From an uncultured Thermoplasmata archaeon (GTDB lineage: Archaea > Thermoplasmatota > Thermoplasmata > Lutacidiplasmatales > UBA184): DNA of 64,000 nt. Position numbers and translations under genes: made by a program. Under the pieces are notes generated by a model. It worked only from the letters and a program-made list of their open reading frames with translations, made no database searches and had not been told where the DNA came from. Shown here piece after piece: positions 10,171 through 20,709 of the stretch. Position 1 is the first letter of the stretch; the number at the start of each line of letters is the position of its first letter. Location: NCBI GenBank assembly GCA_963749235.1, contig CAVVLV010000001.1:28920-92919 (forward strand), read 5' to 3'.

Positions 10171-10972
10171 ATGCTGTCATCGGAGACCGCCCCGATCCTG
10201 GAACACCTGACCCCGCACGACCTCGTGACGTACTTCCGTTGCCCGCACGAGATGGAGCTGGCGCGCGCGAACCACAATCACGCTCCGGGCGCGGTCCCCG
10301 GGACGGTCCTCACCCCGCTCAATGTAGTCCCTCTCCACCACTCGCCCCTGTTCGCGCCCCCGCTCGGTCATCTCCTCGTGAACGAAGGACGCCTCGACCT
10401 TACGGACAAAGACATCTTGGTCTACGAGGACGAGGGCGAGGACGACCTTCCGATGCTATTCCCGCCGGAACGGGTCCGTCCGGACATCCGGTTCTCGGGA
10501 CCACGGAGCACGCTCGGGGACCCGGAACTCGGACTGAGGGGACGGCCGGATCTGATCATCCAGCGCGCGGACGGCTCGCTCGTCCCGGTGGAGTGACAAG
10601 GAGACCCACCTCTTTGTCGGGTACCACGAGGCGCACGGCCGCCTGTTCGACACCATCCAGGTCGTGGCCGAGTGCCGCCTCGTGGAGGCCGCGTTCGGCC
10701 GGAAGGTTCCCTACGGGATCGTGCTCTACGGAGACGAGTCCGGCGGCGGCGTTCACGAAGGGTGGGTCCGCATTCCGTACGGCGAGGCCGAGCAGAGCTG
10801 GCTCCGGGTAGCCCTCCGGCAGGTCCGGGAGGACCGGGAACGAGCTCCGGTACCCGCGGAACGGAACTGCGGGGGCTGCGAACCGAACTCCAACGGTCTG
10901 TGCCGGTACGCGGCCGCTCGCTACGAGGGGCCGCACCGGCACCACGAACTCTTCGCGAGCCGACGGACCTGA
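10171..10972 (+). CDS. cas4: Solo Cas4-like PD-(D/E)XK nuclease with four-Cys Fe-S motif; 1-nt insertion at ~10594
   Basis: YFRCP, LRGRPDLI, VE(Y)K restored by removing one G from GAGTGACAAG, IQVVAEC, C-terminal NCGGC..LC. Confidence 0.75.
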
Positions 10973-10996
10973 GCTCCGCCTCGGTGCATTTCGGCC

Positions 10997-13900
10997 CTAG
11001 TCCGGGGCCTGACCGAACGTCGTGAACGCATAGAAGCTCCCGTTCGCGTCGGCGACATAGATCGTCCCGTCGACGATCGCAGGGGTCGTCGTCAAGACTC
11101 CCGTCGTCGGGTACTTCCAAACATTAAGGGGCGTGTAGGCACGGGCCGCGCTGATCTGCCCCTTGGCGGTCTCCATGACGAAGATCCCTTCTGCTGCGGC
11201 GACCCCGACGATCGGCCCGTGGGTCGTTACCGTATAGAAGAGGGCTCCCGTCAACGCGGAGAGCACGTAGAGCTTACCGTCGCTCGCGCCGACCGCGAAC
11301 TCGAGCTGACCTCCGTTGTACGTGTAGTGGTCGCTCAGGACCCCGGTGTCGATGACGGTGCCTCCGGTAGTGAACGACCAAATTTTCGTCCCGGTCGACT
11401 GGTCGATCGCGTAGACGTTCTTGTCCGTCGAGCCGATGTAGACCACGCCACCGGAGATAGTAGCCGCGGCGTCGACCGCGCCGCCAGTCTTGAAGTTCCA
11501 CTGCGTCGCCCCGGTCAGCGAATTGAGCTCGGTCACGTTCCCGCTCGACTGTCCGACTACGAGGAGGTTCGCGGTCGAGTTCAGCGATACCGCCGAGGTG
11601 ATCTTACTCGGGAGGGTCACCGTCCAGTAGGTCGCCCCCGTCGATTCATTGATGGCGGAGACGTTGCCGGTAGAGGTCGTTACGTACAGCCTCCCCTGCG
11701 CGTAGATGGGTGCCGAGACGTTGCCGCCGACCGACGTCGACCAAGCGGTGGTGCCGTTCGACGAATAGACCGCATCGACGGTGCCGTCGTTCGCCCCGAC
11801 GAAGACCAGTCCCAGGCCCGGGTCGACGGCGGGGGAGCCATCGATCGGTCGTCCGCTCGGAAGGGTCCAGTTCCAGAGCATGCCGGCGTTCTGGATATTG
11901 AGGGTGTACAGGTTGCCGGCATGATCTCCGACATAGGCCACTCCGTCCACGATCGCCGGGGATGTGGTGAAGGCCGAACCCACAGTGAAAAGCCACGCGA
12001 GGTTCACCCAATAGTTCCCGCCGGGGTGGATGAGGAAATTGAGCGTCGGGTCGTTCGGCTCGTACCCGGTGTGACCAGGGTTGAATCCCAACTGGTCCCA
12101 GTTGTTCGAGACGATGATCGGAGTGCTCGCGGACTTGCCGGAGGTCATCCCGGTCGCGGTCAGGGAGGTGTCGCCGAACGCCGCCTTGCTCGGGATCTTG
12201 ACGCTCGTCGCCTTGAGGTCCCCCGTGGAGGACGCCGTCACCGTGGCGAGCAGGGTGCCGGTGAGGGTGATCTTCACCTTCTCGCTCCGGTTGAATCCGG
12301 CGCCGTTGACGACCACGCTATCGCCCGGGGGAACGAACTTCTGGGAGGCTTGGATGTGAGGGCCGGAGGTGCTGTACAGCACGCCAAACCCGACGACGTC
12401 TGAGTGAATGCCGGACTGACCGGAGGAGGAGACACCGTAGGTCGTAACGACGTAATCACCTCCGCCCCGCGCGGGCGGGAAGGCGAAGCTCCAGGAGCTG
12501 GTCTTGGATCCGCTCGACGCGAGCGTCGCCCAGTTCACATAGGGACCGGCAACCCAGCTCTGCGTTGGGCCGTCCCACCAAGTCCCGCCGACCCCGTTCG
12601 CCTGGATGGCCACCTCGACCCCGGCGACCCCGAGCGAATCCGTCGCGTTGCCCCGCACGGTCAGGTTGCCGTTGGGATTCGGGAGGTTGGCCGATGCGGC
12701 AGGGTACGATACCGAGGCGGTCGGGAGGGTTGAGTCATTCCCACCGCCGACCGCGAAATCGTACAGGAACCCATCCGTCGAGGCCAACAGGATGTTCCCC
12801 CCGACGATCGCGGGGGACCCCGTGATGTAACCCCCCGTCTGATAGCGATACAATTGGGTGCCCCCCGACGCCGACAAGACATCGAGCCCACCGGCGATGT
12901 CCGCGGTCGCGACCACGGCCGTCCCGTGGCCGCCCGCGATGGCCGGGGAGGCGATCGACTCCTGCTTGACGGGGTCCTGATAGTTCCACACGAGGGCACC
13001 CGTCTTCGCGTTGAGGTTGAACAGCCCATCGGAATAACCGAAGATCAGGTCCGTTCCGTCGATCGCGGCGGTGGACCGACCGCCGTCCGTCCCATTGGCG
13101 ATCCCCGCCAGGCGGTCGAAATTCGTGGACCAGATGGGGGTGCCGTTGTTGAGATTCAAGGCGTACATGATCCCGTACTTGCTCGGAACGTACGCAACGC
13201 CTTGGGTGAACCCGTTCTTGCCGGGGGCCGAGATGGTCACGCCGGCCCCGATGTCGTAGACGCCGGGGGGCGGGTTGTAGGCCTGGAACCTCCAGATCAG
13301 AGTTCCCGTAAGGGCGTTGAGTTCGTAGACGGCCGCATCTGGGTCGGCGGTCCCAAAGAGGACGACCGGGGTCCCGTTGGCCAAAACCCCGTAGGACGCG
13401 GAGTCCCACGTGCCGGAAGTGCCACCCTGGGTCCCGAAGTTGCTATAGGTCCACTCGAGGGAGCAGTTCCCGGCATTGATCGCCTCCATCGCCCCGTCCG
13501 TACTCACGTCGTCCTCGCTCCCGATGTAGATCGTGGCCACTCCGCCCGGAGGAGTCCCCTCGGTCGGGGTCCCTTCGAGCGGGCGGCTCGAGATGGCGGA
13601 GCAGTCGGTAGCCCCCGTCGTCGCGTTGAACTTGATGAGGGTCGGGTTTGAGAATGTGCCGACGTACAGCGAGCCGTGGTACACGAGCGGAGAGGACCGG
13701 ATCGGGGATCCCACCCAGGTGGCCCACACGATCTGACCGTTCGAGACGTTGATCGCGAGAATGTTCCCGCTCTCGGTGCCAACATAGGCCAACGTCGCGT
13801 GAAGGGTCGGGTCGTACGCCGCGACCGGCGAATCGAGTGCCGCGCCGAACATATCGGTGGCCCAGGCGACCCCCAGCGTGGAAGCGTTGGACGAGGAGAG

Positions 13901-14164
13901 GGGACTGTTCGTGGCCAAGCCGGTCAGGAGGGGGTTCAGATGAAGTTCAGGCCAGTCGTCAGCGGAACTGTGGGCCACGACTGCGTGCGGCAGTGCGGAC
14001 GACGGGACACCCCGCACGGTCGGAGGCAAGGTCCCCATCGATCGGCCCGGGATAGTCGCGAACGCGCTGACCGGTAGGGCGACCAGCAACGCCACGGCTA
14101 GCGCCGCTCCCAATAGGGCGGGACGGCCCGTGGATCGGGACCCAAGCCCCCGAGCTCGATGCAC
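10997..14164 (-). CDS. Secreted protein with two PQQ/BamB-type beta-propellers separated by Ig-like domains (paralogue 1)
   Basis: Signal peptide; DDWPELHLNPLLTG and NWDQLGFNPGHTG propeller starts; repeated W.(F/Y).TGG.(I/V)..SP(A) blades; central LTVRGNATD and GDSVVVNGAGF Ig-like segments. Confidence 0.8.
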   Translation of the reverse strand: MHRARGLGSRSTGRPALLGAALAVALLVALPVSAFATIPGRSMGTLPPTVRGVPSSALPHAVVAHSSADDWPELHLNPLLTGLATNSPLSSSNASTLGVAWATDMFGAALDSPVAAYDPTLHATLAYVGTESGNILAINVSNGQIVWATWVGSPIRSSPLVYHGSLYVGTFSNPTLIKFNATTGATDCSAISSRPLEGTPTEGTPPGGVATIYIGSEDDVSTDGAMEAINAGNCSLEWTYSNFGTQGGTSGTWDSASYGVLANGTPVVLFGTADPDAAVYELNALTGTLIWRFQAYNPPPGVYDIGAGVTISAPGKNGFTQGVAYVPSKYGIMYALNLNNGTPIWSTNFDRLAGIANGTDGGRSTAAIDGTDLIFGYSDGLFNLNAKTGALVWNYQDPVKQESIASPAIAGGHGTAVVATADIAGGLDVLSASGGTQLYRYQTGGYITGSPAIVGGNILLASTDGFLYDFAVGGGNDSTLPTASVSYPAASANLPNPNGNLTVRGNATDSLGVAGVEVAIQANGVGGTWWDGPTQSWVAGPYVNWATLASSGSKTSSWSFAFPPARGGGDYVVTTYGVSSSGQSGIHSDVVGFGVLYSTSGPHIQASQKFVPPGDSVVVNGAGFNRSEKVKITLTGTLLATVTASSTGDLKATSVKIPSKAAFGDTSLTATGMTSGKSASTPIIVSNNWDQLGFNPGHTGYEPNDPTLNFLIHPGGNYWVNLAWLFTVGSAFTTSPAIVDGVAYVGDHAGNLYTLNIQNAGMLWNWTLPSGRPIDGSPAVDPGLGLVFVGANDGTVDAVYSSNGTTAWSTSVGGNVSAPIYAQGRLYVTTSTGNVSAINESTGATYWTVTLPSKITSAVSLNSTANLLVVGQSSGNVTELNSLTGATQWNFKTGGAVDAAATISGGVVYIGSTDKNVYAIDQSTGTKIWSFTTGGTVIDTGVLSDHYTYNGGQLEFAVGASDGKLYVLSALTGALFYTVTTHGPIVGVAAAEGIFVMETAKGQISAARAYTPLNVWKYPTTGVLTTTPAIVDGTIYVADANGSFYAFTTFGQAPD

Positions 14165-14249
14165 GTCCGTTTCCGACCTGCGCAGGGTTATACGTCTATC
14201 GGCGGGCGTTCGACGGCGCTTTCGACGGGGTCGGTGACGGGGTTGTCAC

Positions 14250-16441
14250 CTAGATGTATTCCTGGGCGGCCTCGGGGCCGAAGGTGCCGATCGCTTCGAA
14301 GCGGAAGGTCTGCTTCAGAACGTTCAGGAACGGGAAGGCGACGATCCAAGGTAGAGCGTCGTACCGTCGGAGCCGGACGAGGAAGTAGGCGAGCGGCACC
14401 CCTCGGATGACGATGGCTAAGGCGAGCAGGATCGCGGTATCAAAGAGGGCCGGCACTCCGAGGATGACGACGAGCAGGTACCGAGGTAGACATAGACCAG
14501 GCTCCGCAGCCCGGATCGGATCGCCAAGAGGAACCAAAATAGGACGGCGAGGCCGGCGAATTCCGGGGTCGGCCCGAAGAGGGATTCATAATGCTGGCCG
14601 TTGGCCATCAAGATCCCCCGAGACCACCGAACGCGCTGCTTTCGGAGCGCGGTGTAGTTCTCGGGCACGTCCTCGAACGCGACGGCGCCGAACTCCATCC
14701 GAATCTGGTAGCCGAGGCGTTGGATCCGGATCGTGATCTCGGTGTCCTCCCCGTTCCAGGGCACCCATCCACCGAGCTCGACTAGGTCCGCCCGACGGAA
14801 GGCCGAGAAGAGTCCGTCGATGACTTCCGCACTGCGCGTTCCCATGCCCGCGGGGCGGAGGAAGTAGTGCTGCCAGGCGATCTCGAGCGCCCGCATCTTG
14901 CGGGTCCACCCGTTCTTCTGGCGCGGGTGGATAGCGCCCTGCACCCCCCCGACCTGCGGGTCGGCGAAATGTCCGACGATGGCGCCGAACCCGGGAGTAA
15001 CGGAAAGGTAAGTATCTCCGTCCACCCGAATGACGATCTCGTTCCGGGCCACAGCGAGGGCGCCGTTCAGCGCATTGGATTTTCCCCCGTGGGGCATATC
15101 GACCACGACCCCGGTGGCGTGGGACATCTGGGCGATGGCCGCGCGAGCGATCTCGAGCGTCCGGTCGGTCGACCCGTCATTCCCCACGACGACCTCGACC
15201 GACCCGGGATAGTAACCCGCGGCCGCGTCGGCGGAGAGGATCGCGCCCCGGATCCACTCTTCTTCGTTGTACGCCGGGATCAGGATGGACACGGAGGGGT
15301 GGTAGGCCACTAGGGGCGGCGGCGGATGCCTCCGAATGCGGCGAAAGTACAGCGTCCGCCCCATTACACCGAACAAGGGGAGGGTCAGCACGGGAAGGAG
15401 GAGTAAGAGCGTAAAGGCGAGGACGATCGAGTTCGCGCGGAGGAGGGCAAGGACGGCGACAATGATCCCCACGCCAAGGAGCACTGCGGTAAGCCCGAGT
15501 AGGAAGAAGGTAGAGATCGCCCGACGATCCCGGGGGAAGCGGGCCCGAATCTCCTGAGGAGGAGGTAGGTAGATGGCGCAGAAGGTCAGCAGGGTGAAGA
15601 ACAATCCACCCGTGAGGGCGCGGGCGAGGAGACCGAAGTTCCGGAAGATCGAGCCCGGGAACGTGAACAGGAGTGCGTCGAGGATCAACTCGACGGCCAA
15701 GTAAACGAAGATCACCCCGAGCGCGAGAAGTCGTCGTCGCCGTGAGAAACGGGCGGAGTTCGAGGCGAGCCCGCTCGCGAGGAAGAGGGCGATCATGCCC
15801 GCGACGTACATCGGGAAGATGTAGTCGGGGACGATGAGGCTCGAGTTCCCAACGGCAAAGACGCCGGGCCAAGAGAGGGGCCAGTAGAGGAACGTCCCGG
15901 TCAGGGCGACCAGGTAGTCGTAGGGTCCGAACAAGGCCGCGTAAAAGACGAGGACCACCAGAGCTCCCAACCCGAAGGCGATCGCGAGCTTCACGACAAA
16001 GCCCAGCGCCCGGGGAAGGGGAAGGGAAGGGTGGGAACCTGCCCCGACCATTCGAACGACATGGGTCCGGCTCTTGGTGTACACTCGCACGACGGGAGCC
16101 GGGTCGGGGGCGGAGGGGGCTGGGGCCGACGGATCGCTCGGACGCGGCGAGGCGACCGAGGAGACATCCAGGCTCATCTGCACGGTCCTGGCTCCTTCCG
16201 TTCGGGGTCGGTTCTCGAGCCAGACAGCCGTTAGGTAGAGTATCACCCCCAACCCTACTCCGACAAGCATCGCCCCGATCGGAAGGTCGAGGGGTCGGAG
16301 CCAGACCCCCAACCGATGGATTCCTTCGCGCAGCCAGCCGAGCTCGTTCCACAGCCAAACTCCGATGGCGACCAGGGGGTTTCCGAGGGCCAACCAGCCG
16401 AAGAGCGGAGCGGTCTCGAAATCCGCGCGCGCCGACTCCAA
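14250..16441 (-). CDS. Processive GT2 polysaccharide synthase with N-terminal multi-TM domain (GT2a); indel near 14490; start uncertain
   Basis: IPAYNEE, GNDGSTD, GGKSNALN, RVDGD, GEDTE, KQRVRW; C-terminal TMs continue in ORF 14250..14537. Confidence 0.85.
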
Positions 16442-16467
16442 CGGTTGTCGGTCCAGTAGTGGGCCGT

Positions 16468-19400
16468 TCAGGGCCGGGCTCCGGAGCGGCCCCGGCGCAC
16501 GGCGCTGAGCACGGCAAAGGTTCCCCAAGTAGCGACCCCCAGCGCGGCCACTACCGTCAGGGCTGCGCCTCCGACCGCCCAAATGGACGGCAGGAGAGGT
16601 CCGTCAGGGATGGGAGAGAAGGTAATCAGCAACGAGGACGGATTTCCCTCCACACTTCGCGTTCCTTGCCGGGGGGAAGCGGAATATCCGTGCGGTGCGA
16701 CCACGGTGAAGTTGAAGGTCCCGTTGCGAATCTGGAACTCGGTAATCTCGACGGTCGAGATTTCGGATAGGTCCCCGACGTAGACCCTCCACATCGCTCC
16801 CGCCGGCAACCCAGTCTCCGCGAAGATGACCGAGTAGACGATTGGTTCGAAGGTGACACGAACCTGGAACGAGATCCCGTCGACCGAGATCGATCCCGAC
16901 GCCGGCGTGGCGGCGTAACCCGGGGGCCCGAGAACCCGGTAGAAGTGGGTGCCGTTGAGAAGACTGGCATTGGTCCACGCTCCTCCCCCAGTGTGTGGCG
17001 CCCCGTCGACCAGGATCGACCACACAGGCGCGCGCCCGAGTCCGGTTTCGGTCCAGATAATCTTGTAAATGTCCACCTGGGTGAAGGTGACCGCGACCTG
17101 GATGGGGCTTCCGTCCACGTCGAACCACCAGCTCGATGGCTGCGCCACGAACCCGGTCACGGCCGAAACGTGGTAGCCAAAGGTCCCGTTGATTTCCATC
17201 GCCGTTATTGCTGGGGTATCGGATGAGAAGCTGCTGTTCCGAACAGTTACGAACCAGCTCGCTCCGGCAGGAAGTCCCGTCTCATCGAAAGTAACGGTGT
17301 AGCGGGTGGGTGGTGGGTGCAGGGGCACGAAGGTAATCGTGATGGTCAACGCTTGGCTCTGGATCGAGAAGGAGTAGTTGCTCGGGACAGCCCGGTACCC
17401 GCTCACCTGACCGATCTGGAAGCCGTACTTGCCTTCCTTCTCCTGGAAAGCCACGACTGCGCCCGTCGTAACTTCCTTGATCCCGCGGACGGTCACGTTC
17501 CAACTCATGCCGGTAGGGAGCCCGCTTTCCTCGAAGGTGACCGGGAAGGTCGCAACGAATAGGACGGGTACGGTGAGATTGGCTCCATTCACCCCGAACG
17601 ACGAATTCTCCGGCGCTCCCCGATACCCGGGCACTGAGCCGAGTTGGTACCCGTACGTACCGCTGGTTTCCGTAAGGACGATCACTCCCGGGGAGGAGTT
17701 GGTTGAGCTGTAGCTGACGTTACGAACCGTGACCGACCAGATCGTCCCCGTCGGGAGGCCCTCCTCCGCTAACTCGACCTGATAGGGGTTTTTCGCGAAA
17801 ACGAGGGAGATGGGGGAAGGGGACGCACCCGCGATCACGAACGTGAGGTTCGCCGGTTTCACGAGGTGATACCTGGGGATTGTCGAGACTTGGAAAGCGT
17901 ACGTGCCGTTGCGTTCGGGCACGGTGAGGTTCGTGCTGGAGCTGGGGTAATTCAACCCCCGAATCGTGACGTTCCATGGAGTGCCCGGGGGCAGATTCAC
18001 CACCTGGAAGGTAACCGAGTAAGCCGAGGTGAAGAACGCCTTCTCAGAGATCGGCCCCGTAGGCGTGACGGTCACGGGATCCGTCTTTCCCGAGTAGTTG
18101 CCCGGACCGTAACCGCTCCAGTGGGAGAACACGAACCCCGGATTGGCCGACGCCACGAGGGTGGTCGGAACGCTCGCGTTCAACCACGAGACGGAAGGGG
18201 AAACCGTGCCCCCATCGGAGGGGAGCATCGTGAGGGTGAGGGAGGACTGGTTGACAAATTGCACGGGAACGGTCGTTGGGGAACCTCCGACCACAATCGA
18301 GTTGGTCAGGAAGGGCTCGAGCCGCTCCGTAGAGTTCGTCCCGTTGCCCGTCACCGAAAGGGGGAACTTGCCGGTCAGCGGGAGCGCAACGGCCTCGGAT
18401 TGCGCGGAATAGGTACCCCTCGGCAGGAACGCAGTGATGTTCCCCGTGTGGTTGGTCGTTTCCATTTGGCCGTTCACATCGACGAACCATCGGACAGGCC
18501 CGTGCTGACCCGAATTGAGGTAGTTCGGCAAGCCGGACTCGGTGAACTGGATGGGGACCCCCGCCGAATTGGGGTACGACTCGAACAGGACCAGGCTCTG
18601 GGCCGGCAGGGTCCACGTAGAAGGAAGCCCGTTTGGCAGGTATTCGGCGACGGGTTCGGGGGTGTTGGAGAAGGAGGTGCGTCCCCCGGTCCCGTTGACT
18701 TCTGTCCCATTCCAGTACCATACTTCGACTGGATTCCCCGGGGAGATTCCGGGGAGCTGCGGCGTGAAGCTCACATTGTTCGGCGCTGTCAGCGAGGTGT
18801 TGAGGTTCACGGCCATGAGGTCTGCGCGATTCGAGTCGCTCGGGTCGGTGGTGGCGATCGCATAGAGGTTGGCGTGCAACGTGCGATTCGAGCCTCCGTA
18901 GTACGCCGTCACATTGGGCGGCGTGAGTGTTGCGGGGTAGACCACAGTCCCCAGGTGCGGCAGGATCTCGCTAAAGAGGGTGTAATCCGGGCGTGGGACC
19001 AGGGTCGCGGCGTCGAACCAAGAATTGCTGGTGTAGAACACCGAGGCATAAACGTCCATGTTGGTCACGTTGAGCGCCATACCCTGGATGGCTTGGGCAG
19101 CGTAGGAAAGCGCTCCGGGGTAGCCTACGCTGTATCGTTCGAACCCGTAGTGGGAGAGGCCCGAACCGTCCTCCGTCACCCAAACCTGGACGGTGTGATG
19201 GACCCCGGGCCAGTAGGTGGCCATCGTATTGTTAACGCCCTGGCGAATGCTGTTGACCCGGGCGGGGAGACCGGCGGGACTGGCGAGGAAGGCGTAGAAC
19301 TGGGCCAGCGTGGAGTTGCCGGAGTTCCCTGCCGGATAATCGTGAAAGGCAACTCCGGTGAGATTCGGACCGTTGATCTGCACCGTGGCATTGGCCCACG

Positions 19401-20226
19401 CGGTCACCGACCAGTTCCCGTTGTTTCGACCGGTAACCGGCACGCCGATGATCTGAATATTCGGGTCCACCACTCTCATCGCCTGAGTGTAGTTGTTGAC
19501 CTCCCAGGCGTATTGGATTGGGGTCACGTCCTTGTCCGTTCCGCGTAGATTGAGGTTGATCTGTCTGCAAGCGTCGTCCCAGTCCTGCCAAGGACAATTC
19601 CAGTGTCTCCAGATCTCGGGCTCGTTGCCGATTTCCCACGCTGTCGCCTTGAAGTGGAGAACGTCCTCCGTGTAGGCCACGATCTGTTGGGCGAGCGTGG
19701 TGTTGTTGACCTCCCCCGGCACTTGCATGATCGCCGTGCAGTTGATCGAACGGCACCACTGGACGAACTCCGCCTCGCTCGCCGAGGCGTTCACCGTGAC
19801 AGGAGGCGAACCCACTGTATGGATTTGGGTGGGGCCGCTCATGCTGCCAGAGGTCGAGACGACGCCGGTTGGATTGCTGACGGAAATGCTGAGATTCGTG
19901 GGGATTGGGTCATATTCATCCCCTGCCGAAGCACCTGGCCACACGATGACGCGGGCGGGTGTCGCCTCGACGAGGCTGCTCACGTTCGCATAGATTGGGG
20001 TGTGGGGAGTGACGGTCGTTCCCCAGAACAGGCTGGACAAGTTGATGCCCCTCGAGTTGATCGTGAGGTTCACCGGCACGGCTCCGCCGGCCTGAGGCGT
20101 AGGCGAAAGCGGGGCCGGGCTCGGGGAGCGAAGGTTCGCTGGGCTCGCCATACCCGGCGGTGGGAGCAGTAGAGCGAGGACCACGATGGCCCCGATCACG
20201 CTCCAGGTTCGGATGCTAAATCTCAC
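16468..20226 (-). CDS. Cell-surface clan GH-A (GH79-like) glycoside hydrolase with Ig-like repeat stalk and C-terminal TM anchor (GH1)
   Basis: GTG 20226 then signal peptide (RFSIRTWSVIG); WEIGNEP acid/base, VWVTEDGSG nucleophile; seven F.E.GLP.G..W repeats; TM plus RRGRSGARP tail. Confidence 0.75.
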   Translation of the reverse strand: MRFSIRTWSVIGAIVVLALLLPPPGMASPANLRSPSPAPLSPTPQAGGAVPVNLTINSRGINLSSLFWGTTVTPHTPIYANVSSLVEATPARVIVWPGASAGDEYDPIPTNLSISVSNPTGVVSTSGSMSGPTQIHTVGSPPVTVNASASEAEFVQWCRSINCTAIMQVPGEVNNTTLAQQIVAYTEDVLHFKATAWEIGNEPEIWRHWNCPWQDWDDACRQINLNLRGTDKDVTPIQYAWEVNNYTQAMRVVDPNIQIIGVPVTGRNNGNWSVTAWANATVQINGPNLTGVAFHDYPAGNSGNSTLAQFYAFLASPAGLPARVNSIRQGVNNTMATYWPGVHHTVQVWVTEDGSGLSHYGFERYSVGYPGALSYAAQAIQGMALNVTNMDVYASVFYTSNSWFDAATLVPRPDYTLFSEILPHLGTVVYPATLTPPNVTAYYGGSNRTLHANLYAIATTDPSDSNRADLMAVNLNTSLTAPNNVSFTPQLPGISPGNPVEVWYWNGTEVNGTGGRTSFSNTPEPVAEYLPNGLPSTWTLPAQSLVLFESYPNSAGVPIQFTESGLPNYLNSGQHGPVRWFVDVNGQMETTNHTGNITAFLPRGTYSAQSEAVALPLTGKFPLSVTGNGTNSTERLEPFLTNSIVVGGSPTTVPVQFVNQSSLTLTMLPSDGGTVSPSVSWLNASVPTTLVASANPGFVFSHWSGYGPGNYSGKTDPVTVTPTGPISEKAFFTSAYSVTFQVVNLPPGTPWNVTIRGLNYPSSSTNLTVPERNGTYAFQVSTIPRYHLVKPANLTFVIAGASPSPISLVFAKNPYQVELAEEGLPTGTIWSVTVRNVSYSSTNSSPGVIVLTETSGTYGYQLGSVPGYRGAPENSSFGVNGANLTVPVLFVATFPVTFEESGLPTGMSWNVTVRGIKEVTTGAVVAFQEKEGKYGFQIGQVSGYRAVPSNYSFSIQSQALTITITFVPLHPPPTRYTVTFDETGLPAGASWFVTVRNSSFSSDTPAITAMEINGTFGYHVSAVTGFVAQPSSWWFDVDGSPIQVAVTFTQVDIYKIIWTETGLGRAPVWSILVDGAPHTGGGAWTNASLLNGTHFYRVLGPPGYAATPASGSISVDGISFQVRVTFEPIVYSVIFAETGLPAGAMWRVYVGDLSEISTVEITEFQIRNGTFNFTVVAPHGYSASPRQGTRSVEGNPSSLLITFSPIPDGPLLPSIWAVGGAALTVVAALGVATWGTFAVLSAVRRGRSGARP
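16600..18560 (-). repeat. Protein-level tandem ~80 aa Ig-like (thermopsin C-terminal type) repeats in GH1
   Basis: Repeat heads FTESGLPNY, FQVVNLPPG, LAEEGLPTG, FEESGLPTG, FDETGLPAG, WTETGLGRA, FAETGLPAG, most with an NGT(Y/F) motif, plus one InlB-B-like unit. Bounds approximate. Confidence 0.75.
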
Positions 20227-20709
20227 GCTCGTGTGGGACTCCTGGACCCGGGGATGCGATCCCGCTGCCCGACGGGCGGGCGACGGGTGTGGATTGGGGG
20301 GGTCGTAAGACTTTCGGAGGACGCTCGAAACGGGTGGATTGGTCGGGGGGTGCCACGGGTCGGGCCTCCCCCCGCAGAACGCAGTTCCGTCTCTCGGGAT
20401 TGTCGGCAAGAGTGATGCGGGATAACCGCAAACATGTGCCGATTGTGCGTGTAAAGTGCCCGCTCCATTATTTCCTTCTGTGCCGAAGGGGGGAGGGCCA
20501 CCCTCGGGCTGCGTATATGCGTTGCTCCCCTCGGGGTTGACGGGAGCGGGTGTACGGCGTCGTCCTGCTGTGATACGTCCGGCACGTGCCGACCCCAATC
20601 GCGGGAAGCGCGTAACCCGGCACCCGTGCGATTCGGCGATGTGAATTGAGCTGTGCCCGCAACCCGGGTGTCGGCGACGCCTAGGTATCCCAATCAAACC
20701 GGGGGCGGG

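Noticed and set aside
10585-10600. In-frame TGA in the cas4-like gene as possible selenocysteine or readthrough
   Set aside because: Readthrough gives an unconserved sequence, while deleting one G restores the EYK nuclease motif and the downstream frame.
9000-11000. CRISPR array near cas4
   Set aside because: No regularly spaced 25-45 nt direct repeats seen here or elsewhere in the window, and no other cas genes.
20227-20697. 157-aa N-terminal extension of the 1409-aa GH1 ORF
   Set aside because: The signal peptide and similarity to GH2 begin at GTG 20226; the upstream part is most likely intergenic sequence that lacks a stop.
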